From Minisyncoccota bacterium (GTDB lineage: Bacteria > Patescibacteriota > Minisyncoccia > Phycocordibacterales > UBA9973): DNA of 48,253 bases. The notes beneath the pieces are model-generated. The model made no database searches, had not been told where the DNA came from, and worked only from the letters and a program-made list of their open reading frames with translations. Below are positions 18,488 through 27,345 of the stretch, piece after piece (the first letter of the stretch is position 1; every line of letters starts with the position of its first letter). The stretch spans positions 1 to 48,253 of the forward strand of contig DATDWM010000021.1 in assembly GCA_036517375.1 (NCBI GenBank), read 5' to 3'. The position numbers and the translations under genes were made by a program.

Positions 18488-18868
18488 ATGAGAATTCTTG
18501 GAATCACAGTACCAAACGAAAAACGATTGGAGATAGGCCTTACTTGCCTCTATGGTATTGGTTTTTCCACCGCACAAAATATCTTGGATCAGGTTGGTAT
18601 CGACCGTGGAAAGAAAGCTAAGGATCTCACTGACGACGAAGAAAACAAAATTCGTGTGATAATCGAGAAAATCAAAATAGAAGGAAATCTAAAACGAGAA
18701 ATTTCTGCCAACATCAAAAGATTGAAAGATATAAAGAGTTACCGAGGAGTCCGACACATGAAGAGGTTACCAGTGAGAGGCCAGAGGACTAAGACTAATT
18801 CCAGAACCGTTAGAGGGAACGTTCGCAAGACAATGGCATCCGGTAGAAGAAAGGAAACAAAGACATAG
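18488..18868 (+). CDS. rpsM: 30S ribosomal protein S13
   Basis: MRILGITVPNEKRLEIGLTCLYGIG... is typical S13. Confidence 0.93.
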   Translation: MRILGITVPNEKRLEIGLTCLYGIGFSTAQNILDQVGIDRGKKAKDLTDDEENKIRVIIEKIKIEGNLKREISANIKRLKDIKSYRGVRHMKRLPVRGQRTKTNSRTVRGNVRKTMASGRRKETKT

Positions 18869-18893
18869 AAGTTATAAAGTTCATAAATAAAAA

Positions 18894-19328
18894 ATGGGAA
18901 AGACAAAAATAATTGAAGAAAAGAAGGAGGGCGCAAGTGAAGTGGAAGTAAAGGCTCCAGCGCCAAAGACACCAAAGAAGAAAATAACTTCTGGTATTGT
19001 TTTTGTGGATGCAACTTTCAACAACACTAAAGTACTTTTTGGAGACAAGTCTGGTAACACTCTTTTCTGGTCTTCAGCTGGCTCGCTTGGATTCCGTGGC
19101 GCTAAGAAAGGTACTCCCTTTGCTGCGTCTAAAGTGGGGGACATAATCGGCGGTAAAGCTCTAGCTATAGGAGTTAAAGATGCGGACGCGGTAGTCAGAG
19201 GCGTAGGTTCCGGACGGGAGCCCGCAATTCGCGCTTTTATGGCGCACGGTATCGAGATTACTTCAATCAAAGACGCTACTCCGGTGCCACACAATGGCCC
19301 GAAGGCCAAGAAGCCAAGACGAGTTTAG
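18894..19328 (+). CDS. rpsK: 30S ribosomal protein S11 (with Lys-rich N-terminal extension)
   Basis: GIVFVDATFNNTKVLFGDKSGNTLFWSSAGSLGFRGAKKGTPFAA is typical S11. Confidence 0.93.
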   Translation: MGKTKIIEEKKEGASEVEVKAPAPKTPKKKITSGIVFVDATFNNTKVLFGDKSGNTLFWSSAGSLGFRGAKKGTPFAASKVGDIIGGKALAIGVKDADAVVRGVGSGREPAIRAFMAHGIEITSIKDATPVPHNGPKAKKPRRV

Positions 19329-19344
19329 TAATAGTAAAAAATTT

Positions 19345-19950
19345 ATGATATCAAAACCAAAATTTAAAATTTGCAGAAGACTTGGACCAGGAGTGTATGA
19401 CAAATGTCAGACAGCCAAGTTTTCTTCCACTTCCGGTAAATTTGCGGGTCCAGGCGCGCGCCGACCAAAGCAGAGCACAGAGTACGGAGCTCAGCTTATT
19501 GAAAAGCAAAAAATACGATTTTCATACGGTATTACGGAACGTCAACTTTCAAATTACGTTAAAAAAGCTGTCCACATCAAGGGTGCTGGTACTGCGGAAA
19601 AGTTCTATGAAGATTTAGAGTCTCGCTTGGATAACGTTATCTACCGCATTGGATTGGCCACTACTCGCCGGGCAGGAAGGCAGATGGTTTCCCACGGACA
19701 CTTTATGGTCAATGACAAGAAAGTTACTATTCCATCTTATACCCTCAAACAAGGAGATACTATAAAAATTCGCGAAGGTTCTAAAGCTTCAAAATTATTT
19801 CTAGGAGTTACCGAGAGGAATAAGGATTACATAGTACCAGAATGGCTAAATTTTGATTTAAATAAAATGGAAGGGAAAATAGTCACCAAGCCCAAGAAAA
19901 CTGAAACCTTTATTGACTTAAATGCGGTGCTCGAGTTCTACAGTCGCTAA
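19345..19950 (+). CDS. rpsD: 30S ribosomal protein S4
   Basis: KFKICRRLG..., an S4 domain (RLDNVIYRIGLATTRRAGRQMVSHGHFMVNDKKV). Start moved to ATG 19345, after the rpsK stop. Confidence 0.9.
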   Translation: MISKPKFKICRRLGPGVYDKCQTAKFSSTSGKFAGPGARRPKQSTEYGAQLIEKQKIRFSYGITERQLSNYVKKAVHIKGAGTAEKFYEDLESRLDNVIYRIGLATTRRAGRQMVSHGHFMVNDKKVTIPSYTLKQGDTIKIREGSKASKLFLGVTERNKDYIVPEWLNFDLNKMEGKIVTKPKKTETFIDLNAVLEFYSR

Positions 19951-20016
19951 ATTATTATTATTGTTTCCCCCGCTCCCGGCGGACAAGTATTATTAACTTA
20001 AACATTTTTTAAAATT

Positions 20017-20988
20017 ATGCCTGAATATAAAATAATTATACCGTCCTCACCTCGTGCCGTTGAGGAAGTTGGCAATAAGGGAATTTTTGAGATAGATGGT
20101 CTTTCTCCTGGATATGGACATACTCTCGGAAACAGTTTAAGAAGAATTATTCTTTCTTCTCTTCCTGGCGCCAGTATCACCTCAATAAAAGTTGATGGTG
20201 TTTCTCATGAGTTCTCTACGGTTGATGGGATTAAGGAAGACATGATTGTGGTTATTCTAAATTTAAAGAAAACTCGCTTCAAAATGGTATCCGATGAGCC
20301 ACAGACCGTCACTCTGTCTGTTAAAGGTCCTAAGGAAGTGCTCGCTTCTGATATTAAAACAGGTGGACAGGTAGAAATCCTAAATGGTGACTTACACATC
20401 GCTGAAGTCACTGGCAAGGTGAATTTGAATATTGAAATGAGGATTGAAAAAGGCCTAGGCTTTATCCCAAAGGAAATGCATCAGCGAGAGAAGGTAGACG
20501 TGGGTACTATTGCAGTGGACGCAATATTTACTCCTATTCGCCGAGTTTCCTACGAAGTTGAAAATATGCGCGTCGGAGACCGAACCAACCACAACCGTTT
20601 GCGCATCGCTATCGAGACAGACGGCACCCTCACTCCACGTGAAGCGCTTACAGAGTCTATTACCATCATGATCAACCAGCTCAAGGCTATCATTAACTTT
20701 AAAGAGCCTGAAGAAGAGGTAGTAGCTCCAAAGAAAGTAAAAAGCTCAGATACATCTGAGGAAGAAAAGAAGTCCGATGACTTTACTGATGTACTTAAGA
20801 CTAGAATAGACAACCTAGAACTCTCTACTCGCACCTTAAATGCTTTAACTACTGCTAACATTCGAACTCTAGGGGGGCTTGCTCGCAAGAAGCGTGAAGA
20901 CTTGCTTGAGGTAGAAGGCATCGGGGAGAAGGGAATAACAGAGATTAAAAAAGTCTTAGGTAAGTTCGGCCTCAACTTAAAAGAATAA
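20017..20988 (+). CDS. rpoA: DNA-directed RNA polymerase subunit alpha
   Basis: N-terminal domain GYGHTLGNSLRRILLSS-type motif. C-terminal domain LELSTRTLNALTTANIRTLGGL. Confidence 0.93.
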   Translation: MPEYKIIIPSSPRAVEEVGNKGIFEIDGLSPGYGHTLGNSLRRIILSSLPGASITSIKVDGVSHEFSTVDGIKEDMIVVILNLKKTRFKMVSDEPQTVTLSVKGPKEVLASDIKTGGQVEILNGDLHIAEVTGKVNLNIEMRIEKGLGFIPKEMHQREKVDVGTIAVDAIFTPIRRVSYEVENMRVGDRTNHNRLRIAIETDGTLTPREALTESITIMINQLKAIINFKEPEEEVVAPKKVKSSDTSEEEKKSDDFTDVLKTRIDNLELSTRTLNALTTANIRTLGGLARKKREDLLEVEGIGEKGITEIKKVLGKFGLNLKE

Positions 20989-20994
20989 AAATAT

Positions 20995-21357
20995 ATGCGA
21001 CACGGAAATAACAAAAGAAAATTCGGCAGAGTTAGAAAGGTACGTAACGCATTGGTAAATTCTTTAGCGCTCAATTTGATCGTACGCGAGAAAATAAAGA
21101 CCACGGAACCAAAGGCCAAGGAATTGCGTCCCTTTATCGAGAAGCTTGTGACTCAGGCCAAGGAGAATAAGGGTAAGAACGCAGCTACTCGCCGCTTAGT
21201 TATTTCCAAGCTTTCCAACAGAGATCGAGAAGTTAAAAAGCTTTTTGAAGTTATTGCCCCAAAGTATGTAGACAGAGCCGGTGGATATACCCGTATCATA
21301 AAATTAGGCGCCCGAAAGTCGGATGGCGCGAAGATGGCGATAATAGAATTTGTATAA
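20995..21357 (+). CDS. rplQ: 50S ribosomal protein L17
   Basis: MRHGNNKRKFGR... GGYTRIIKLGARKSDGAKMAIIEFV. Confidence 0.93.
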   Translation: MRHGNNKRKFGRVRKVRNALVNSLALNLIVREKIKTTEPKAKELRPFIEKLVTQAKENKGKNAATRRLVISKLSNRDREVKKLFEVIAPKYVDRAGGYTRIIKLGARKSDGAKMAIIEFV

Positions 21358-21376
21358 TTCTTTTAAATGATTTAGT

Positions 21377-21760
21377 ATGGAAAAAGCCATGAAAAACACA
21401 AGTAAAGAAACAAAAGGCCTCAAAACTATAGATGCATCAGGAAGAACTCTGGGTAGAGTGGCTTCAGAAGTGGCAGTTTCACTGTTGGGTAAAAATTCCC
21501 CTACCTTTGAACGCAATGTCTACTCTGGCTTTCCTGTTCAGGTTGTCAACGCTTCAAAGATAAAAATTACTGAAGCCAAGCTTGAGGAAATTTACCATAC
21601 CCGATACTCTGGTATCCCAGGTGGACTACGTATACTTAAGGGTACTGAAACCAAGGAAAAGAAGGGCATGAAAGAGCTTGTCCGCCTTGCAACAATGCAG
21701 ATGCTTCCAGACAACAAGCTTCGTCGCACCATGATGAAACATTTAACAATAGAAGAATAA
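21377..21760 (+). CDS. rplM: 50S ribosomal protein L13
   Basis: IDASGRTLGRVASEVAVSLLGKNSPTF...VVNASKIKIT...YSGIPGGL. Confidence 0.9.
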   Translation: MEKAMKNTSKETKGLKTIDASGRTLGRVASEVAVSLLGKNSPTFERNVYSGFPVQVVNASKIKITEAKLEEIYHTRYSGIPGGLRILKGTETKEKKGMKELVRLATMQMLPDNKLRRTMMKHLTIEE

Positions 21761-21761
21761 T

Positions 21762-22205
21762 ATGATAAAAGATAAAACAACAGGAAAACCTGCCCGTCCG
21801 GCAGGCGGGTACATAGAGGCAATAGGCAGAAGGAAAACTTCAACTGCACGCGTACGTATAACAAGAGCTGCCAAGGCTAGCTTCGTGGTAAACGATGCAG
21901 ATGCGAAGGAGTATTTTAAAACTGAAGAAGGACGCCGCTTAATCCAAGATCCGATAATAAAGGGCGTGGTGACGGGTAAGGAGGCTATCAAGTGGAGTAT
22001 AGAAGTGCATGTGATGGGTGGAGGAACCCACTCGCAAGCTGAAGCAATCCGTCATGGACTTGCTCGAGCTCTGGTAGAATCCGATGGAGAACTACGAACT
22101 AAACTTAAAACTCTAGGCTACCTAAAAAGAGATCCAAGAGCCAAAGAGCGCCGAAAATTCGGTCTCAAGAAAGCTCGTAAAGCTCCACAATGGAGTAAAC
22201 GATAA
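21762..22205 (+). CDS. rpsI: 30S ribosomal protein S9 (with N-terminal extension)
   Basis: GRRKTSTARVRI...GGGTHSQAEAIRHGLARAL...RDPRAKERRKFGLKKARKAPQWSKR. Confidence 0.93.
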   Translation: MIKDKTTGKPARPAGGYIEAIGRRKTSTARVRITRAAKASFVVNDADAKEYFKTEEGRRLIQDPIIKGVVTGKEAIKWSIEVHVMGGGTHSQAEAIRHGLARALVESDGELRTKLKTLGYLKRDPRAKERRKFGLKKARKAPQWSKR

Positions 22206-22223
22206 TTGATTATCGTTTACTCC
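22192..22223. repeat. 32-nt palindrome (15-bp perfect arms) spanning the rpsI stop codon
   Basis: GGAGTAAACGATAAT-TG-ATTATCGTTTACTCC. The left arm encodes the last S9 codons plus TAA. Confidence 0.85.
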
Positions 22224-22348
22224 GGTTTCGTGCAAGAGAAAATTTCCGGTGCGAGCTTGCGAGCCGGAAATAGGAGGGGATACGTGCACTGACCACGACC
22301 CACAAAATACCCCTAGAAATGGGGATTTTTTTGTGCTAAAGTATGAAT

Positions 22349-22972
22349 ATGAAAGATGAAGATGAACAAAAGCAGCCTGAAACTACAGAGTCGGAAGCGG
22401 AGTTGAGCCCAGTAGGTGATTCTACTGAATCAGACGAAGTCGTGGAATTTGAATTCAACGATGACGGTGAGGAAGACTTAAAGAAAACCCTAAAGAAGCT
22501 CCGCGCGGATTTAAAGCAGGTGAAGAAGGAAAAAGAAGAATATCTCCTCGGCTGGCAGAAGGAGCGAGCGGAGTTTGCTAATTATAAAAAAGAAGAGGAT
22601 GCTCGAAAGGCGATGTTTAGTGAAGCCATGCGCGAGAGGATTCTTACTCGATTCTTAACGGTGATGGATAGTTTCAACATGGCTTTTACCAACAAGGAAG
22701 CCTGGGAGAAGGTAGATCCAAACTGGCGCAAAGGAGTGGAATATATTTATTCCCAAATGGGAGGAATCTTCGAAGAGTACGGGGTGAAAGCCATCGGCGA
22801 AGTGGGAGACACCTTTGATCCCAATATTCATGAATCCATAGACCTAATTCCAACTGATAAAAAAGAAGACGATCATAAAATAGCTACAGTGATCCAGAAA
22901 GGCTACAAGCTAGGCGAGCGTGTCATCCGTCCAGCGAGGGTGAATGTATATGAATACAAAGGAGCAGAATAA
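22349..22972 (+). CDS. grpE: Nucleotide exchange factor GrpE
   Basis: Acidic N-terminus and the GrpE core (RAEFANYKKEEDARK...VIQKGYKLGERVIRPARVNV). TGcTAAAGT (22334-22342) lies 6 nt before ATG 22349. An in-frame ATG at 22343 is the alternative start. Confidence 0.88.
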   Translation: MKDEDEQKQPETTESEAELSPVGDSTESDEVVEFEFNDDGEEDLKKTLKKLRADLKQVKKEKEEYLLGWQKERAEFANYKKEEDARKAMFSEAMRERILTRFLTVMDSFNMAFTNKEAWEKVDPNWRKGVEYIYSQMGGIFEEYGVKAIGEVGDTFDPNIHESIDLIPTDKKEDDHKIATVIQKGYKLGERVIRPARVNVYEYKGAE

Positions 22973-24674
22973 AAATTGCCAGAACTGTAAACAAAACTTC
23001 ACGGTAGAACCGGAAGATTTTAATTTCTACGAAAAAATAAAAGTTCCAGCTCCGACTTGGTGCCCGGAGTGTAGATTCCAGCGAAGGATGAGTTGGCGTA
23101 ATGACTGGCATTTGTTTCGTAAAAAAGATGCTCGTACTGGCGAAGAGATTTTTTCATTTTTACCTGAGGAAAGCCCAGTGAAGATTTACGATAGAGATTA
23201 TTGGATCTCCGATGCGTGGGACCCCACTCGATTTGGCCGGGATTTTGATTTTACCAGGCCTTTTTTTGAACAGTTCAAGGAGTTACTTTATGAAGTACCC
23301 CTGCCTTCTCATTCAATGATAAATATAAGTAATTGTAAATATTGCACTAATGCTACAGGCATTAAAAATTGTTATTTAGTTCGGGGCGCAGGTTATACCG
23401 AAGACTCCGCGTATCTGATATGGGATCAGTATTCTAAGCTATGTTTTGATAGTCATATGACTAGTCGATGTGAATTATCTTATGGAAACGTTAATACGTC
23501 TAATTGCTATAAAACATTTTTTTCAGTTGATTGTGAAAGTTGCCAAGAAATGATTTTATCTAAAGATTGTGTTGCTTGTAATAGTTGTATTGCTTCCATA
23601 GGTCTTCGCAATAAGTCTTATTGCATTTTTAATAAACAATACACCAAAGAAGAGTATCAGAAGAAAATCATTGAATTAAATTTAGGGTCTAACGAAAGTT
23701 TTCAATCACTGAAAGCGGAAGCATATAAACACTGGCTTAAATATCCACAAAAATTTATGTATGGACGTCAAAACGTCGCAGTCTCCGGGGATTATATTTT
23801 TGAGTCAAAGAACGCAAAACACTGTTATAGAATAAGGGGGGTGGAAGATAGTAAATTTGTTCAAAATATTTTAATTGGACCAGTTCGAGATACTTACGAT
23901 GTCTCTAATTATGGAGAAAATATAGAACTTAGTTATGAATGTCTGGTTGCGGGCATCGGTGTGTCTAACGTTAAATTTAGTTTCCAAACCTATCCCAATG
24001 TAAGAAACTTAACCTATTGCATATTTTCTAGTAATGCTTTGGATTTATTTGGTTGTATTGGATTAAAGAAAAAACAGTATTGTATTTTAAATAAACAATA
24101 CTCTAAAGAAGAGTATAAAAGACTTGTGTCTAAAATAATTGAACATATGAAAAAAAACGGGGAGTATGGGGAATTTTTCCCATCCTCACTTTCGCCTTTC
24201 CCATATGAGGTAACGGCTGCAAATGAATTTTTCCCACTCACTGAAGAAGAGGCAAAGGCTAGAGGTTTCTTGTGGTACAACATCGAAAGACAAAATTATA
24301 AAATTACTTTAAATCCGGAAGATATTCCAGATGATATAAAAAATATCGATAAAGAGATTCTTGGTGAAGTTATTGGATGCGCAGATCGGGAATCTTGTGA
24401 GCATGAATGTACAGGAGCTTTTCGGGTGATAGAGGCTGAGCTTGATTTTTGTAAAAGAATGAACATCCCCCTACCTCGTCTTTGCACTAATTGCCGTCAC
24501 TACGAACGTTTATCATTAAGAAATTCACCAAGTTTTTACCATCGTGCTTGTATGTGTGATAAGAATCATACACATCATGAAGGCAAGTGTGAAGCTGAAT
24601 TCGAGACCTCATATGCTCCCGATAGGCCAGAAATAGTCTATTGCGAAAAGTGTTATCAGCAGGAAATATACTAA
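22944..24674 (+). CDS. Cys-rich multi-zinc-ribbon protein, paralog B0 (576 aa)
   Basis: The start overlaps the grpE 3' end by 29 nt. N-terminal ribbon CQNC-x24-CPEC; two internal repeats ending GL(R/K)xKxYCIxNKQY(T/S)KEEY; a second ribbon; terminal C-x17-CEKC. Paralog of 30506-32251. Confidence 0.8.
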   Translation: MYMNTKEQNKNCQNCKQNFTVEPEDFNFYEKIKVPAPTWCPECRFQRRMSWRNDWHLFRKKDARTGEEIFSFLPEESPVKIYDRDYWISDAWDPTRFGRDFDFTRPFFEQFKELLYEVPLPSHSMINISNCKYCTNATGIKNCYLVRGAGYTEDSAYLIWDQYSKLCFDSHMTSRCELSYGNVNTSNCYKTFFSVDCESCQEMILSKDCVACNSCIASIGLRNKSYCIFNKQYTKEEYQKKIIELNLGSNESFQSLKAEAYKHWLKYPQKFMYGRQNVAVSGDYIFESKNAKHCYRIRGVEDSKFVQNILIGPVRDTYDVSNYGENIELSYECLVAGIGVSNVKFSFQTYPNVRNLTYCIFSSNALDLFGCIGLKKKQYCILNKQYSKEEYKRLVSKIIEHMKKNGEYGEFFPSSLSPFPYEVTAANEFFPLTEEEAKARGFLWYNIERQNYKITLNPEDIPDDIKNIDKEILGEVIGCADRESCEHECTGAFRVIEAELDFCKRMNIPLPRLCTNCRHYERLSLRNSPSFYHRACMCDKNHTHHEGKCEAEFETSYAPDRPEIVYCEKCYQQEIY

Positions 24675-24720
24675 ACCTGTCTTAGTTTCAGTGTACTAGT
24701 ACGTGAGTATGGGAGGAGAT

Positions 24721-25239
24721 TTATTTGCCGAAAGTTTGCAATAAAACTTTAGCGGTTTCTTCATCTACGAACTCGGTGACTATTACTATCATCTCAGTCG
24801 TGAATCCTAAATCCTTTTTGATATTTATAAACAGGTGCTCGTATGGATGAGGGGAGATCCAGACGGAATTTTTCAGGCAGACGAAGTTTGCTTTCTTTAA
24901 GAGGTAGCGCAGGCTCTCGCGTTCACTCTTTCTTTGCTCTGGCAGGTCGAGCAAAATTATTCTCCAGAATCCGTCCCACTTAGTATTCACGAGTGTAGTT
25001 TCACTATCTAGCATTAGACTGTTTATTTTCTTCTTGCCTTCCCGGGTCAAGCGGGCATAGTCATTCTGCCCAGAGTATATGCTTTCTATTAACCCAGCCT
25101 CTTGTAGGCCCTTTAAGGACCTTGTAACGGCATATTTGTCTTGACCCAGATCGTTTTGTAGGTCAGGGAGGGAAATGGCTGATTTTTCGGCGAGCTTTTT
25201 TAGAATTTTCTTTCCGTATGTATTGTTTTGGCTTGACAT
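24721..25239 (-). CDS. Winged-HTH regulator with PaaX/Cas2-like C-terminal domain
   Basis: N-terminal wHTH (LPDLQNDLGQDKYAVTRSLKGLQEAGLIES). C-terminal WDGFWRIILLDLPEQRKSERESLRYLLKKANFVCLKNSVWISPHP resembles a PaaX-type effector domain. Confidence 0.5.
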   Translation of the reverse strand: MSSQNNTYGKKILKKLAEKSAISLPDLQNDLGQDKYAVTRSLKGLQEAGLIESIYSGQNDYARLTREGKKKINSLMLDSETTLVNTKWDGFWRIILLDLPEQRKSERESLRYLLKKANFVCLKNSVWISPHPYEHLFINIKKDLGFTTEMIVIVTEFVDEETAKVLLQTFGK

Positions 25240-25277
25240 GGATATAGGGTATCATATATACTAACTTTATACAAGTT

Positions 25278-25293
25278 TTTCGCGTTCGCGAAA
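25278..25293. promoter_or_regulatory. Operator candidate TTTCGCG-TT-CGCGAAA in the regulator/dnaK divergent region
   Basis: 7-bp inverted arms. It is the only CG-rich element in an otherwise AT-rich 108-bp intergenic region. Confidence 0.45.
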
Positions 25294-25347
25294 TATATGT
25301 AAATTACAAAATAATCATTTAATTATAAGCATAATTTAAAAAAATAT

Positions 25348-27282
25348 ATGTCAAAAATCATAGGAATAGACTTAGGTACAACAAATTCAGCGGTAGCAGT
25401 TATTGAGGGTGGCGCACCGAAGATTATTGAGAATACAGAAGGTAACCGCACCACGCCTTCAATAGTCTCTATTGCAAAAAATGGGGACAGGTTGGTAGGG
25501 CTTCTGGCCAAGAGGCAGGCGGTGACGAATCCTGAAAATACTGTTTATGGTATCAAGCGCTTCATGGGGCACAATTTTGACGATCCAGAAGTACAAAAGG
25601 ATTTGAAAAATGCATCTTTTAAAATTCAAAAGGGCGCAACAGGTGGAGTGGAAGTAAAAATAGGCGATAAGTGGATGCGTCCAGAAGAAGTTTCCGCCAT
25701 GATCCTTTCTAAAATTAAAACGGATGTAGAAGCAAAGCTTGGCGAGAAGATTACTGAAGCAGTCATCACTGTACCAGCATACTTCAACGATGCGCAAAGA
25801 AAGGCAACCAAAGACGCGGGTATGATCGCGGGCCTCGATGTAAAGCGTATTATCAACGAGCCAACTGCGGCTGCACTTGCGTACGGATTTAATAAAAAGA
25901 AAAATGAAAAAATAGTTGTCTACGACTTCGGAGGCGGAACTTTCGACGTGTCAGTTCTTGAGATTGGGGACGATGTTATCGAAGTTAAGTCTACTGATGG
26001 GGACAGTCACTTGGGTGGCCGCGACATTGACCACAAGATCATTGGCTGGATTGCAGAAGAATTTAAAAAGACGTCCGGCGTGGATGTACGAGCGGACAAG
26101 CTCGCTCTTCAGCGCTTAGACGAAGCGGCAGAGAAGGCTAAGATCGAGCTCTCCACCGCAGTTGAAACTGAAATAAATATTCCATTCATTACTTCTACGG
26201 CGGAAGGTCCACAGCACTTACTGCTCAAGATGACTCGTGCCCAGCTGGAATCCATTGCAGACGAATATATTTCTCGCTCTATTGAGATCACCAAGCGTGC
26301 GATGGCGGCTTCCGGATTCAAGATGGAAGACATGAATGAAATAATCATGGTAGGTGGCCAGACCAGAATGCCGAAGATTGTGGAAGAAGTTAAGAAAGTT
26401 TTCGGCAAGACTCCGAACCTCTCCATTAACCCTGACGAAGTGGTGGCCTTGGGTGCTGCTGTTCAGGCGGGAGTATTGCAGGGGGATGTGCGTGATGTTC
26501 TACTACTCGACGTTATACCGCTATCACTTGGAATAGAAACTCTCGGAGGCGTTGCGACAAAATTAGTAGAAAGAAATACAACTATTCCGTCCAGCAAGTC
26601 GCAGACATTTTCTACTGCGGCGGACAATCAGACTTCCGTAGAAATACACATAGTCCAAGGTGAGCGTCCTATGGCCTCCGACAACAAATCCCTCGGGCGG
26701 TTTGTGCTTGACGGCGTGCCTCCAGCGCCTCGTGGTATGCCTCAGATCGAGGTGGCCTTTGATGTGGATGCCAACGGAATATTGAATGTGACTGCTAAGG
26801 ATAAAGCTTCAGGTAAAACTCAATCCATAAAGATCGAAGCTTCTTCAGGACTTAAGGAAGATGAAATTAAAAAGATGCAGGCGGATGCTGAACTTCATGC
26901 GGAAGAAGATAAAAAGAAAAAGGAAGGTGTGGACATTCGAAATACCGCTGAAATGATTATTTACACTGCAGAAAAAGCATTAAAAGATAATGAAGCCAAG
27001 ATTCCTGCGGAATTGAAAGAGAGCGTGAATCTAAAAATCGCCGCCCTCCGAGGCGCGAAAGATTTACCTGCCGGAGCGGGCGGTAATGACATAGAAACAA
27101 TAAAGAAAGCGACCGAAGAACTCTCAAATGAAATGTCTAAAATAGGGGAAGCGGTAAGTAAGAGTTCAGCTGCCTCTGGCGCGCCTGGAGATGCTGAAAC
27201 TCCACCCACAGGCGACGCTGCCAAAGCCACCGATGCGGAATTCAAAGAAACTCCGCCGGAAGGGGAAGAACCGAAAGCGTAA
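25348..27282 (+). CDS. dnaK: Chaperone DnaK (Hsp70)
   Basis: [20 protein letters not shown] and the full Hsp70 architecture. Size 644 aa. Confidence 0.97.
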   Translation: MSKIIGIDLGTTNSAVAVIEGGAPKIIENTEGNRTTPSIVSIAKNGDRLVGLLAKRQAVTNPENTVYGIKRFMGHNFDDPEVQKDLKNASFKIQKGATGGVEVKIGDKWMRPEEVSAMILSKIKTDVEAKLGEKITEAVITVPAYFNDAQRKATKDAGMIAGLDVKRIINEPTAAALAYGFNKKKNEKIVVYDFGGGTFDVSVLEIGDDVIEVKSTDGDSHLGGRDIDHKIIGWIAEEFKKTSGVDVRADKLALQRLDEAAEKAKIELSTAVETEINIPFITSTAEGPQHLLLKMTRAQLESIADEYISRSIEITKRAMAASGFKMEDMNEIIMVGGQTRMPKIVEEVKKVFGKTPNLSINPDEVVALGAAVQAGVLQGDVRDVLLLDVIPLSLGIETLGGVATKLVERNTTIPSSKSQTFSTAADNQTSVEIHIVQGERPMASDNKSLGRFVLDGVPPAPRGMPQIEVAFDVDANGILNVTAKDKASGKTQSIKIEASSGLKEDEIKKMQADAELHAEEDKKKKEGVDIRNTAEMIIYTAEKALKDNEAKIPAELKESVNLKIAALRGAKDLPAGAGGNDIETIKKATEELSNEMSKIGEAVSKSSAASGAPGDAETPPTGDAAKATDAEFKETPPEGEEPKA

Positions 27283-27287
27283 ATTAG

Positions 27288-27316
27288 AAAAAGCCTCTTA
27301 AGAGGCTTTTTCTTTT
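27288..27316 (+). terminator. Intrinsic terminator after dnaK
   Basis: AAGCCTC-TTAA-GAGGCTT stem with flanking A and T runs. Confidence 0.75.
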
Positions 27317-27345
27317 ACTCTAAAATATTTTATAATAGGTAATTC

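Noticed and set aside
18290-18577. 95-aa minus-strand ORF across the infA-rpsM spacer
   Set aside because: It is antisense to the clearly recognisable L36 gene (18375-18485) and the start of rpsM.
22206-22342. CIRCE (HrcA) element upstream of grpE and dnaK
   Set aside because: Only a partial GTGCTAA half-site is present at 22333-22339, and it coincides with the -10 box. There is no TTAGCACTC-N9-GAGTGCTAA inverted repeat here or at 25240-25347.
24693-24702. GTACTAGTAC palindrome between convergent genes, and GTACTAGT at 2126-2133, as extra TrpR-like operators
   Set aside because: ACTAGT-type hexamers are expected many times by chance in 48 kb of this composition. These two sites lie at convergent gene ends or next to a tRNA 3' end, not in promoters, and are not phased arrays. 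They could be revisited if a genome-wide motif scan shows enrichment.
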